This document shows positions 30,734-40,746 of a stretch of DNA of 64,000 nucleotides, piece after piece. Source of the DNA: Candidatus Poribacteria bacterium (GTDB taxonomy: Bacteria; Poribacteria; WGA-4E; PCPOR2b); NCBI GenBank assembly GCA_965116925.1, contig OZ220744.1, positions 3,264,001 through 3,328,000 on the forward strand. The letters run 5' to 3'. Position 1 is the first letter of the stretch; each line of letters opens with the position of its first letter. The position numbers were made by a program, and so were the translations under genes. The notes below the pieces were generated by a model, which was not told the origin of the DNA, did no database searches, and saw only the letters and a list, made by a program, of their open reading frames with translations.

Positions 30734-30953
30734 TATAGTGAATTCAAAAAATAAAGAAACACTTGCGCCCCCCGGTAGGTGCGGTTTGATGAGATTTAAG
30801 TATTTAAATCAGTAATCCCTATTTGCCTCCAAACATACGGTAGGCGCGGTTTTCAACCGCGCCGGCGTCGCTAGCAAATTACCGAATCATTTTTTTAATC
30901 TTCATGTAACCGCACCGGTTTGGCGTGTCCCATTAATTCTAAAGTCTACTATA
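30734..30953. mobile_element. Family A MITE with family B element (30789-30905) nested in its hairpin loop
   Basis: Both A ends intact; about 117-bp insert ATGAGATTTAA...TTAATCTTCAT within GGTTTG/TAACC. Confidence 0.88.
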
Positions 30954-31074
30954 GATTCGGATTTTCAGTGACAAGAACATAGTTGTTGGGTTACAATAAA
31001 GTAAATTACCATTACATGCAGAAGATCGGGATTTTCTTCCCCATTAAGGAGTGGGGGGCTAGCACTTAGATTCG

Positions 31075-31992
31075 ATGCTTATCATCTATCTCACAATAGC
31101 GGTGCTCTCAGTCTTCATTGGTGCTGTGATCGCCTTTTACACGCTACGTTCAAATCCGGTTATTTTTTCAATACTCGCAGGGTTCACAGCCAGTACCGTA
31201 GTGGGGTTGGTCGGTTTTTACCTCATACCCCATCTTTATGAAGACCTCGGATGGATGAGTCTTCTTGTCATGGCAGCCGGTTTTCTACCCATCTTTCTGA
31301 TTGAGCGGTTCAGCCATCGCAACCCGCGGTTCCCAATACAGAATCACCGCTGGGTTGCGGATTTGACAGTGATTGGGCTATCTATTCACGCGCTGACCGA
31401 TGGATTTAACCTCGCTATTGCAAGCAAACACGAGGAACTTGGTATCGGGCTTGCCATTGTGGTTTTAGTACATCGTCTGCCGGTTGCTTTTGTACTGACA
31501 CTAGCATTTCTCAGCGACAATTCATTTATTTCAACCATTGGACGCCGCCTCCCCTTCGGATCTCGTTTACAGTTCAGCGTACGATTGGCATTTGTCGCAA
31601 CCGTCGGACGACTGCTCCCGCTCTCAATTGCACCGGTCATTGGGGCGTTCATCGGGGAACGGATTTTGACCGGGGGATTCGGTGATTTTATCGAATACCT
31701 GACAGCCTTTGCGGCGGGTACGCTGTTGAATGTGGTAATCGAGAACTTTCATGGCGGTCATGCGTCTCATGCCCACGCGCTGCCTCCCGAAGAGGCACGC
31801 TCTCATTCTGAAGTGGGAGGTTCTCGCGAAGCTCTTCCAATAAGAGAAAGAATGTTATCTCTTGACAAGGTGAGTGCAACAATGGCTTTCATGGTGGGTC
31901 TATTGGCTATTTTCCTCTTGACCCGTGCTGTGACTCACGATCCCCATGACTTACATCGCCACGATGATCATCATCATGAAGCGGATCATTAG
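31075..31992 (+). CDS. ZIP family divalent metal transporter
   Basis: GLSIHALTDG, LVHRLP, AFAAGTLL; His-rich loop and C-terminus. Confidence 0.8.
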   Translation: MLIIYLTIAVLSVFIGAVIAFYTLRSNPVIFSILAGFTASTVVGLVGFYLIPHLYEDLGWMSLLVMAAGFLPIFLIERFSHRNPRFPIQNHRWVADLTVIGLSIHALTDGFNLAIASKHEELGIGLAIVVLVHRLPVAFVLTLAFLSDNSFISTIGRRLPFGSRLQFSVRLAFVATVGRLLPLSIAPVIGAFIGERILTGGFGDFIEYLTAFAAGTLLNVVIENFHGGHASHAHALPPEEARSHSEVGGSREALPIRERMLSLDKVSATMAFMVGLLAIFLLTRAVTHDPHDLHRHDDHHHEADH

Positions 31993-31993
31993 C

Positions 31994-32145
31994 GGAGTTA
32001 CGCACTTCAGATTGTAGTTGCCCGATGAATCGGGCATCAAGGGGCATGTTCAGACTCCACACCTATCGTAGGCGGGGCATCTAGTTTCCCCCCATTGGTT
32101 CTGAAGCATTGAACTACAAACCTCATCGTTCAACTGCGTAAGTCC
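31994..32145. mobile_element. Family E MITE with REP cargo
   Basis: GGAGTTACGCA...TGCGTAAGTCC. Confidence 0.75.
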
Positions 32146-32216
32146 CGTAAAATATTAAAAACAAATCTGCCTAGACACAATAAAAGACACCTTATCTTTT
32201 TGATAACTCAACTGCT

Positions 32217-32318
32217 TATAGTGAATTCAAAAATAAAGAAACACTTGCGCCCCCCCGGTAGGTGCGGTTACAAACCGCACCGGTTTGGCGTGTCCCATTA
32301 ATTCTAAAATCTACTATA
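32217..32318. mobile_element. Family A MITE upstream of dnaE
   Basis: Near-identical to the 26011 copy, with the hairpin loop inverted. Confidence 0.9.
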
Positions 32319-32343
32319 ATTGTTCATTGGAAGGATACACAAT

Positions 32344-35300
32344 ATGACAACATCCGAATTTGTTCATCTGCACAACCATAGTGAATACAGTCTACTTGAT
32401 GGTGCGTGTCGAATCCCTGACATGATTGAATGGGCGTATCAAAACAGTGCCCCCGCTGTCGCGCTCACAGACCACGGCAACATGTTCGGCGCATGGGAAT
32501 TTTACAAGAAAGCAAAGGACAAAGGCGTCAACCCAATTGTCGGTTGTGAGGCGTATGTTGCCCCCGGCAGCCGTCGTGAGCGCGGAAAAAGTCAAGGCAG
32601 CCCTTATCATCTAACGCTACTCGCTGAAGACGCGACCGGGTATAAAAACCTCATGAAACTGGGGTCAATTGCCTACCTTGAAGGCTTCTACTCAAGACCC
32701 CGCATTGATATGGAAATTTTGCGCGAACACCGTGAGGGGATCATTGCCTTGACAGGGTGCATTCAAGGCTACGTGCCCGCGCTGCTTGCCTCGGATCAGC
32801 GCGAAGGGGCGGTGAAAAACTTCCGGATGCTTCAAGACATCATGGGTAAAGATAACCTCTACGTTGAGGTTCAAAATCACGGCATCCCCGAAGAAGCGCG
32901 TGCCTACCCAGTGATGGTTGAGCTTGCCAAGGAACACAACCTACCAATTGTTGGAACAAATGATTGCCATTACCTCAATAGCACCGACCACACAATGCAC
33001 GATGTGCTGTTATGTATTCAGATGAAGCGTGCGGTGAAGGAAGAAGACCGCATGAGGTTCCTGAATCAGTTCTACTTCAAGAACAATGATGAGATGCATA
33101 AAGCCTTGGCGGAATTCCCGCCAGAGGCGATTGCCAATACACTTGAGATTGCCAACCGCTGTCAACTGCAACTCGATTACGGTGAACACATCATGCCGAA
33201 ATACGATGTTCCTGAAGGCTATACGGCGGATTCATATCTCAGTAAACTGTGCTATGACGCGCTCCGTCAAAAATATGGCGAACTTTCGACGGAGATGAAG
33301 GAACGACTTGACTATGAACTGGACATTATTCAGAAGACCGGCTATGCGGGTTACCTACTAATTGTGTGGGATTATGTCAATTTCGCCCGTGAACGCGGGT
33401 TCCCGCTCAACGCACGGGGTTCAGCAGGTGGAAGCCTAGCACTTTTTGCACTCGGTGTTACGACGTTTGAACCGATGAAATATGACTGTATGTTCGAGCG
33501 GTTCCTGAACCTGGATCGTATCAGTATGCCCGATATTGACATCGACTTTGGAGATGAACATCGCAAGATTGTCATTGACTACCTGACCGAGAAGTATGGG
33601 GCGGAGTGCGTTGGACAGGTGGCAACATTCAGCACCTTCGGTGCGAAGGCCGCTGTCGCTGATGTTGGTAGGGCACTCGATGTGCCCGTGCAGGATGTTC
33701 GCCGAGTCACGCAACTCGTTCCTACCATTCCCGGTGTGACGCTTGATGAGTCGTTAGAGGAGGTGCCACAACTTAAAGAGGTCGCCGAAGCGCAAGAAAA
33801 CCGCGAGATGATGGGCATCGCCAAATCGATTGAGGGCATGAAGCGGCACGTCTCCATCCATGCGTGCGGGGTTGTACTGTCGAACGGTCCGCTGACCGAT
33901 TATGTCCCACTCTTCAAGGATAAGCATGACCGTATTGCAACACAATTTGATCTTAAAATGCTTGAAGATGTCGGCATGGTCAAATTCGACTTCCTCGGGC
34001 TGCGCACCTTGAGCGAGGTTTACGACTGCCTTGCGCGGATTAAGACAAATCACGGCGTCGATCTCTCGCTTGAGGAGATCCCATTCGATGACGAAAAGAC
34101 GTATGGGCTTATCAGCCACGGTCTCGTCGGCGGACTCTTTCAGTTAGAAACCTCGCCAGGGATGCGTCGCGTCATCATGCAAATTAAACCGGACAACTTT
34201 GAAGACTTCATACCCATTCCCGCGCTCTACCGCCCCGGTCCCCTCGACAGTGGGATGATGGACAGTTTCATCCGTAGAAAACTGAAGGTTGAAAAGGTGC
34301 AATATCTCCATCCGACCCTCGAAGATGCGCTGAAGAACACCTACGGGGTGTGTATCTATCAGGAACAGGTGATGCAGATCGCACGAGACATGGCTAACTT
34401 CACGCTGGGTGAGGCGGATGTTCTCCGCGATGCGATGGGCAAGAAAAAAATGGATGTCCTCATGATGCAGCGCGAAAAATTCATCGAAGGTGCGGTAGCC
34501 AATAACATCAAGGCGGAAGATGCTGAAAAAGTTTTCACGTACCTCGAACCCTTCGGTCGATACGCTTTTAACCGATCCCACACCGTTGCGTATGCAATTC
34601 TCTCCTATCAGACCGCTTATCTCAAGACGCACTATCCCCGTGAGTTTATGGCGTCGATGATGACCGGCGAATCTGCCGACAGCGACAAAATCAGAAAATA
34701 TATCGCTGAGTGTAGCGGACTGTCGGAATACCTCGAAACGCCAATCCAAGTCTTGCCACCGGACATTAGCAGCAGTAGCAAAGATTTTACCGTCGTTGGC
34801 GACGACATCCGCTTCGGACTTGCCGCAGTCAAAAATGTCAGCGAAATCGCGCTTGAGGCAATCGTCGAAGCACGGGAGCAGGGAGGCTCATTCAAATCGC
34901 TCCAAGACTTCTGTGAGCGGGTTGATACGAAAGTAGTCAATAAACGAGCGATTGAAAGTCTGATTATGGCAGGAGCATTTGATGCACTTGATGGGCATCG
35001 GGCGCAACAACTTGCAAGCCTTGAGCAGACCATGAAGGTGGCTCAAAGTACCCAGCAAGACCGGGAAAAGGGACAAATGGGGCTTTTCGGCGCAGTTGAA
35101 GAGATGCCGATGACACAGATCGAACTGGTTGATGCAGCAGAATGGTCACATGCCGATATATTGAAGAATGAAAAAGAACAACTCGGTTTCTATCTTTCTG
35201 GACACCCGCTGGAGCAGTATGGGGACATTATGAAATACTATACGACTGTTACTTCCCAAACGCTTGGCGAGCCCCCAAGCGGGACGGAGGTATATGCCGC

Positions 35301-35871
35301 CGGTCAGCTTGTTTCCCTCCGTCTTACAAAGACGAAGAAGGGGGATCCAATGGCAATTCTCGTTGTTGAGGACTTGGAGGGAACTACCGATGTTGTTGTG
35401 TTCCCGGAAGCCTACAAGGCTTCGCGTGATGCAATAGAGGAGGACGCGGTAGTCTGGATCCGGGGGAATGTCAGTGAAAATCGACGGAGAAATGGCGGAG
35501 GTGATGACGAAATAGAGGAGGACACCCATCAGATTCAGGCAGAAGAGATTTTATCCATTGATGCGGTCGTCGAGCGATTGACTTCAGCGGTCGAAGTCAC
35601 AATCCCTGAAAGCGATGCGGCTAATCAAGAAAAACTGGATGAACTGCAGAATATCTGCGTCCGTGCGAAGGGCGACCACGATCTCATCCTACGCCTGCTT
35701 ACTCCCAAATATGGTGAGGTGATTGCACAGTGCAGCGCACGCTACAATATTTCATATCCATCTCAAACGGTGTCGGAAATTGAAGCACTCTTCGGCAGCG
35801 ACTCCGTTAAGCCGAGTAATCGCACTACCCGTGTTGGAGAGAAACCCACGTCTGTAATGAGTTATGTCTGA
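32344..35871 (+). CDS. dnaE: DNA polymerase III alpha subunit
   Basis: PHP domain HLHNHSEYSLLDG, ALTDHGNMFG, ARGSAGGS, MPDIDIDF, KFDFLGL, C-terminal OB fold. Confidence 0.98.
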   Translation: MTTSEFVHLHNHSEYSLLDGACRIPDMIEWAYQNSAPAVALTDHGNMFGAWEFYKKAKDKGVNPIVGCEAYVAPGSRRERGKSQGSPYHLTLLAEDATGYKNLMKLGSIAYLEGFYSRPRIDMEILREHREGIIALTGCIQGYVPALLASDQREGAVKNFRMLQDIMGKDNLYVEVQNHGIPEEARAYPVMVELAKEHNLPIVGTNDCHYLNSTDHTMHDVLLCIQMKRAVKEEDRMRFLNQFYFKNNDEMHKALAEFPPEAIANTLEIANRCQLQLDYGEHIMPKYDVPEGYTADSYLSKLCYDALRQKYGELSTEMKERLDYELDIIQKTGYAGYLLIVWDYVNFARERGFPLNARGSAGGSLALFALGVTTFEPMKYDCMFERFLNLDRISMPDIDIDFGDEHRKIVIDYLTEKYGAECVGQVATFSTFGAKAAVADVGRALDVPVQDVRRVTQLVPTIPGVTLDESLEEVPQLKEVAEAQENREMMGIAKSIEGMKRHVSIHACGVVLSNGPLTDYVPLFKDKHDRIATQFDLKMLEDVGMVKFDFLGLRTLSEVYDCLARIKTNHGVDLSLEEIPFDDEKTYGLISHGLVGGLFQLETSPGMRRVIMQIKPDNFEDFIPIPALYRPGPLDSGMMDSFIRRKLKVEKVQYLHPTLEDALKNTYGVCIYQEQVMQIARDMANFTLGEADVLRDAMGKKKMDVLMMQREKFIEGAVANNIKAEDAEKVFTYLEPFGRYAFNRSHTVAYAILSYQTAYLKTHYPREFMASMMTGESADSDKIRKYIAECSGLSEYLETPIQVLPPDISSSSKDFTVVGDDIRFGLAAVKNVSEIALEAIVEAREQGGSFKSLQDFCERVDTKVVNKRAIESLIMAGAFDALDGHRAQQLASLEQTMKVAQSTQQDREKGQMGLFGAVEEMPMTQIELVDAAEWSHADILKNEKEQLGFYLSGHPLEQYGDIMKYYTTVTSQTLGEPPSGTEVYAAGQLVSLRLTKTKKGDPMAILVVEDLEGTTDVVVFPEAYKASRDAIEEDAVVWIRGNVSENRRRNGGGDDEIEEDTHQIQAEEILSIDAVVERLTSAVEVTIPESDAANQEKLDELQNICVRAKGDHDLILRLLTPKYGEVIAQCSARYNISYPSQTVSEIEALFGSDSVKPSNRTTRVGEKPTSVMSYV

Positions 35872-35877
35872 TAGATT

Positions 35878-36019
35878 TAGGACTTACCCAGCTAACCGTA
35901 GGTGGGGCATCTAGTTTCCCCGCACCATTTAAGGCTTACCCAGCTAACCGTAGACGGGGCATCTTGCCCCGCACTATCTATGCGGGACATTTGGTCCCGT
36001 GCTGAAATGCGTAAGTCCT
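35878..36019. mobile_element. Family E MITE with an internal tandem REP duplication
   Basis: TAGGACTTACCCA...TGCGTAAGTCCT; cttacccagctaaccgtag occurs twice. Confidence 0.7.
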
Positions 36020-36173
36020 GAGATTGTTACCGTGTGAAAGCTGTATCGAGCTTCTTACACATGCTGCCAAAAGTGATTAATATCAAAAAATCGTGCATCG
36101 AGTGCATGAGTTCGCTCGTTGATTAATGAACCAATATACTAATGAACCAATAAACCAACGGACTAATCAACCA

Positions 36174-37031
36174 ATGGCTGTCGTTCCAAGAATCATCGAA
36201 GAAGAACTGCGTTTCAAATTCTATAACGGAGAAGCATTTTTCCTCGCCTACAATAAGGGTTACACCCAATACGGCGATATGTACAAATCGCGTCCTGATT
36301 TCTATCCCGTTTATTCTCCAAGCGGACGCGAAGTGACATCTACCTGCGCCTACCGTTATAATCATCACAAATCAATTTTCATCGGTCATGCGGACGTGAA
36401 TGGCATTAACTTCTTCCATGACAACAATCCAACCCGATCTGACCTCGGTGACATTGTCTTGGAAAAGAGCCAGCATGAGATTGATGAGAGCGGGATTCAC
36501 GTTATGACACATAACGGTTGGATAACGAAGGCGGGGGTTCGTCTGTTGGATGAGGAGCGCAACTTCACAGTTATTCCCGATGAGGCGGCACATATCATTG
36601 ACTTGACAAGCACACTGATTGCTAGCCAAACGGATCTGACGTTTGCACAAGATAACCACGCATTTCTCGGTGTGCGTGTTGCCGATACGATGGACGTGGA
36701 AGATGGAGGGACAATCCTCAACGCCAATGACCAACGCAACGAGGAAGAGGCGATGGGACAGGCCGCCGATTGGACAGACTACAGCGGAGTTGTTGCCGGT
36801 AAAACAGTCGGTGTTACATTGATGAATCACCCATCGAATCCGCCTGCGGCATTCTTCACACGGAATTACGGCACATTTTTAACCAACTTTACTTTGCTAG
36901 ACCGATACCAACTGTCCCGTGATCAACGCTTGACACAACGGTTTCGTATTCTCATCCACGAGGGCGATGCGGTTGAAGCCAACGTTAAGGCGTACTACAA
37001 TCAGTTCGTTGAAACGCCACCACGTTGGTAA
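36174..37031 (+). CDS. DUF6807 / 'PmoA' (PF14100-like) family protein
   Basis: RPDFYPVYSPSG..VT, HHKSIFIGHADVNG.NFF, WTDYSG, HPSNP....RNYG. Confidence 0.75.
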   Translation: MAVVPRIIEEELRFKFYNGEAFFLAYNKGYTQYGDMYKSRPDFYPVYSPSGREVTSTCAYRYNHHKSIFIGHADVNGINFFHDNNPTRSDLGDIVLEKSQHEIDESGIHVMTHNGWITKAGVRLLDEERNFTVIPDEAAHIIDLTSTLIASQTDLTFAQDNHAFLGVRVADTMDVEDGGTILNANDQRNEEEAMGQAADWTDYSGVVAGKTVGVTLMNHPSNPPAAFFTRNYGTFLTNFTLLDRYQLSRDQRLTQRFRILIHEGDAVEANVKAYYNQFVETPPRW

Positions 37032-37161
37032 GCGGTCTTTTGTACCACAATCTGTTAGATTGTGATCCGAGCCCGCAAACTAACAGTTCGCGCTACTTAT
37101 GGCAGATTGCCCGATGATTATAGCGTTTGCCGAATTAGCAACAGCAAAATGTCAACACGCC

Positions 37162-37280
37162 CTAGTACACTGTCAGGCAAATTATGATTGTCTATATGGA
37201 TTGAGACTCATAATACTTCGTAGGGGTCGGGTCACCCGACCCCCTTGTTGATATGCAAAACTTATATGACTGAGTACTAG
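37162..37280. mobile_element. Family C MITE at the CTAG end of a family D end
   Basis: Matches the 21737 copy; preceded by TGTCAACACGCCCTAG. Confidence 0.9.
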
Positions 37281-37370
37281 GCATTGAAAGTCCATCGTTT
37301 TTCAAGTTGAATTACCCGACTCCTTGCTCTAGCGGAGTGCAATAGAATTGTTTCAGCAAACCAATGAACT

Positions 37371-37472
37371 TATAGTGAATTCAAAAAATAAAGAAACACT
37401 TGCGCCCCCCGGTAGGTGCGGTTACAAACCGCACCGGTTTGGCGTGTCCCATTAATTCTAAAATCTACTATA
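37371..37472. mobile_element. Family A MITE just upstream of moxR
   Basis: TATAGTGAATT...AATCTACTATA, ending 6 bp before ATG37479. Confidence 0.9.
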
Positions 37473-37478
37473 ATAACC

Positions 37479-38453
37479 ATGCCTCTAGAAACTCAAGTAC
37501 AGCAGTTTAAGGAAAACTTCAACCGAGTGGAGGCAGAGATCCACAAGCGCATCGTTGGGCAGGATGAGGTCATTGAAGGCGTGTTACTCTGCCTCTTTGC
37601 CAACGGGCACGCGCTCCTCGAAGGCGTACCCGGCTTAGGTAAAACACAGTTGATTCATACCCTGAGCGAGGCACTTAGTTTGTCGTTCAACCGGATCCAG
37701 TTTACGCCCGACATGATGCCTTCGGACATCACAGGGACAATGCTCCTCGTTGAAGATAACCAAGGGCGGAAGCAGTTTGAATTTCAGCAGGGTCCCATAT
37801 TTGCACAGATTATCCTTGCAGACGAAATTAACCGGGCGACACCCCGTACACAATCTGCCCTGCTAGAGGCGATGCAGGAACGTACCGTGAGCGTGGCACG
37901 GACAAGTTATAAACTGGAAGAGCCTTTTTGTGTCCTTGCAACTCAGAATCCTATTGAGATGGACGGCACGTACCGCTTGCCAGAAGCGCAACTGGATCGA
38001 TTTCTGTTCAAACTCCAGATTACCTTTCCGGGCGAAGCTGAGCTTGGTGAGATCCTGCGACGAACAACATCGGAGGCGGAGACCTCTGTTGAGAAGATTA
38101 GTGATGCAGAGACAATTCAGTCAATGCGCCAGCTCGTCCGGGGTGTACTGATCGCCGAACATGTGGAACGCTATATCATTCAGCTCATCCGTGCGACACA
38201 TCCAGATAATTCCAACAGTCCAGAGATGACAAGGCAGTATGTTGAATTGGGTGCAAGTATTCGTGGGCTGCAAGCGATTACATTGACGGCGAAGATCAAA
38301 GCATTACTGGATGGGCGTTACAATGTTGCTTTTGAAGACGTGCAATCGGTTGCACTGCCAGCCTTACGCCACCGCATTATTTTGAACTTTGAAGGCGAAG
38401 GGGAGGGCATCCAAACCGATGATATTATTAAAAATATACTCAACTCCTTATAA
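37479..38453 (+). CDS. MoxR family AAA+ ATPase
   Basis: LLEGVPGLGKT, RIQFTPDMMPSD, LADEINRA.PRTQSALLEAMQE, ATQNPIE, LPEAQLDRF. Confidence 0.95.
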   Translation: MPLETQVQQFKENFNRVEAEIHKRIVGQDEVIEGVLLCLFANGHALLEGVPGLGKTQLIHTLSEALSLSFNRIQFTPDMMPSDITGTMLLVEDNQGRKQFEFQQGPIFAQIILADEINRATPRTQSALLEAMQERTVSVARTSYKLEEPFCVLATQNPIEMDGTYRLPEAQLDRFLFKLQITFPGEAELGEILRRTTSEAETSVEKISDAETIQSMRQLVRGVLIAEHVERYIIQLIRATHPDNSNSPEMTRQYVELGASIRGLQAITLTAKIKALLDGRYNVAFEDVQSVALPALRHRIILNFEGEGEGIQTDDIIKNILNSL

Positions 38454-38509
38454 CTCGTCGAAGTTTGACGTTTTTCTTACATTTTACCTATTACTTCTGA
38501 CATCTATCT

Positions 38510-39358
38510 ATGTGGTACTTATTTGAAGAATCATTTTCCAATATTCGACACGGCGGTTTTGTTAGTTTCCTAAGTATCGTAATTATCACCCTGACGGTCA
38601 CAATCGGAAGCGCGCTGATCCTAATTAGCAACTATCTACGCGGGGAAATTGAAGATCTCAAAGACAAACCTGCGATGATTGTCTTTCTTAAAGACAGTGT
38701 GGGGGAGTCCCAAGGGCGGGAATTTCGCAGCCAAATTGAGAAGATCGATTGGGCTGCAACAGTGACTTATGTTTCTAAAGAGGAAGCCCTGGTCCGAGGT
38801 GAGGAGATGTTCGGTGAATTTGGAAAAACACTCACAGAGGGATTTGCAGATAGCAATCCATTCCCTGCCTCACTAGAGATTTATATCACAGAGACGTTAT
38901 TACCTTCGGAAAAGTTGTTGCAGCATGTTTCTCAGATTCGGTCCTTTAGCCAAGTGGAGGACGTCAAATATGAGCAGGAAACCTCTGAATTTATCCGCAA
39001 GGTCGAGACGGTACTTCTGGGTTTAGGCGGATTGATGGGCGGTGCTTCGGTAATTATCGTATGCTTTTCAATTATGTTGACCGCCTATTTTCGCCGCGAG
39101 GAGATCCGGGTCATGAGATTGGTTGGGGCAACCTACTGGTATATCCGGGTTCCACTTATCGCCCAAGGGGTGTTTCTAGGGTTTATCGGGAGTTTAACTG
39201 GAATAGTTAGTTTTTACACGCTGTTTCGCATATTCGTCCCACGAATTAGCGAGATACAGTTCATTCCCTTAGATCAGCTCGGCCTGATTCTACTCGGAGG
39301 GGTTCTGCTTGGATTACTCGGCAGCATCGCACCGATACGGAGATATGTAAACGTTTAG
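38510..39358 (+). CDS. ftsX: Cell division permease-like protein FtsX
   Basis: YVSKEEAL, NPFPASLEI, RREEIRVMRLVGAT.WYIR.P. Confidence 0.85.
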   Translation: MWYLFEESFSNIRHGGFVSFLSIVIITLTVTIGSALILISNYLRGEIEDLKDKPAMIVFLKDSVGESQGREFRSQIEKIDWAATVTYVSKEEALVRGEEMFGEFGKTLTEGFADSNPFPASLEIYITETLLPSEKLLQHVSQIRSFSQVEDVKYEQETSEFIRKVETVLLGLGGLMGGASVIIVCFSIMLTAYFRREEIRVMRLVGATYWYIRVPLIAQGVFLGFIGSLTGIVSFYTLFRIFVPRISEIQFIPLDQLGLILLGGVLLGLLGSIAPIRRYVNV

Positions 39359-39419
39359 GAGCCCAAGTTTGGGATATGAACCAATCGTGCTAGTATAGTT
39401 GGGGTGTGTACATAATTAT

Positions 39420-39619
39420 TGTCTGAATCAGGATTTTCAGATTTCTGTAGGTCGATTTTCCAAAATCAACATCCCCTAGCACATCGCACAATATTCCGTG
39501 TATTCCGTGGCGCGACACGTTTTTTGTACCACGATCTGTTAGATTGTGATCCCAGTCCCGTTCCGAGGACTCGATAAATCGGGATTTGGCGTGTCTCATT
39601 AATTCTAAAATCCACTATA
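39420..39619. repeat. Mosaic of a family K end, a REP, a REPIN half and the right half of family A
   Basis: gtctgaatc; gtaggtcgattttccaaaatcaac; tgtaccacgatctgttagattgtg; ...AAAATCCACTATA. Confidence 0.7.
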
Positions 39620-39704
39620 GTTGTAAAGATGTTGCTAACACCAGTCGCCCTCTATCCACTCCAAAAGATAAGAACCCGATTTGAGAACAGAGGAGGCATA
39701 GCAG

Positions 39705-40676
39705 ATGCAACGAGGGAACAATCTCACACCTTTGATTTTATCTGTCGTTGTCGTGTTAGGGCTAACACCGTTGATGGTATCCGTTGACGCACAGGCACGG
39801 ATTGCCTTTGAATCTGATAGGGATGGGCACATTAAAAACAACTTTTTCGCTTATGAAATCTACGTGATGGACACCGATGGGGGGAATCAGCGAAATCTCA
39901 CTAATAATCCCAATGATGATAGGTCCCCCTCATGGTCTCCGGATGGCAAACACATTGTCTTCATGTCGAAGAGGGGTGGAGACTTTGACATCTACGTGAT
40001 GGACACCGATGGCGGTAACCAGCGAAACCTCACCAAGCATCCCGATAACGACTCGCATCCCGTATGGTCTCCCGACGGTAAACGAATTGCCTTCGGGCGG
40101 CACGGGGCAATCTTCGTGATGGATGCCGATGGGGATAATCAACAAAACCTCACTGAAAATCGCACGAGTGGCCAGGATCCCTCATGGTCTCCGGACAGCA
40201 AACACATTGTCTTCATGTCTAATAGGGCGGGGGACCTGGATATCTTGGTGATAGACGCCGACGGGGGCAATCAGCGAAATCTCACCGAAAATAATGCCCG
40301 TTTTGACCAGGATCCCTCATGGTCTCCGGACGGTAAATACATTGCTTTTACTTCCTGGAGGAATGGGGTAGGCGGAAACAAAGACATCTATGTGATGGAC
40401 GCCGATGGGAGCAATGAGCGAAACCTCACCAAGCATCCCGATAACGACTGGCATCCCGTATGGTCGCCCGACAGCAAACGGATTGCCTTCGTGTCGAATA
40501 GAACTAAGGATTTGAATCGGGACATCTTCGTGATGGACGCCGATGGGAGTAATCCTCAAAACCTCACCAATCATCCCAATGATGACGAAAATCCGGCATG
40601 GTATAACCCTGTGCTTTCAGTTGCTCCTGCCGGTAAAACCCTCACAATATGGGGACGGCTCAAGGGGGTTGACTGA
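39705..40676 (+). CDS. Secreted TolB/PD40 beta-propeller protein with WGxLK tail
   Basis: PSWSPDG repeats; C-terminus LSVAPAGKTLTIWGRLKGVD. Confidence 0.9.
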   Translation: MQRGNNLTPLILSVVVVLGLTPLMVSVDAQARIAFESDRDGHIKNNFFAYEIYVMDTDGGNQRNLTNNPNDDRSPSWSPDGKHIVFMSKRGGDFDIYVMDTDGGNQRNLTKHPDNDSHPVWSPDGKRIAFGRHGAIFVMDADGDNQQNLTENRTSGQDPSWSPDSKHIVFMSNRAGDLDILVIDADGGNQRNLTENNARFDQDPSWSPDGKYIAFTSWRNGVGGNKDIYVMDADGSNERNLTKHPDNDWHPVWSPDSKRIAFVSNRTKDLNRDIFVMDADGSNPQNLTNHPNDDENPAWYNPVLSVAPAGKTLTIWGRLKGVD

Positions 40677-40746
40677 TAACTTCCACTATTCGGAGAACGG
40701 TGTTTAAGGATAAAAACCCGATTTGAGAACAGAGGAGGGATAATAG

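Noticed and set aside
14015..35871. Inteins in sufB or dnaE
   Set aside because: Both are normal length with uninterrupted motifs and no splice-junction signature.
36126..37031. Particulate methane monooxygenase
   Set aside because: Soluble protein of the misleadingly named PmoA/DUF6807 family; no TM helices and no pmoB/pmoC. The first 16 codons are octamer repeats.
37416..37478. N-terminal extensions and short ORFs starting MR(F/L)xTAPVW (18063, 26057, 37416), plus upstream starts at 13964, 23456 and 45791
   Set aside because: They are translations of MITE/REP or promoter DNA; better starts lie downstream.
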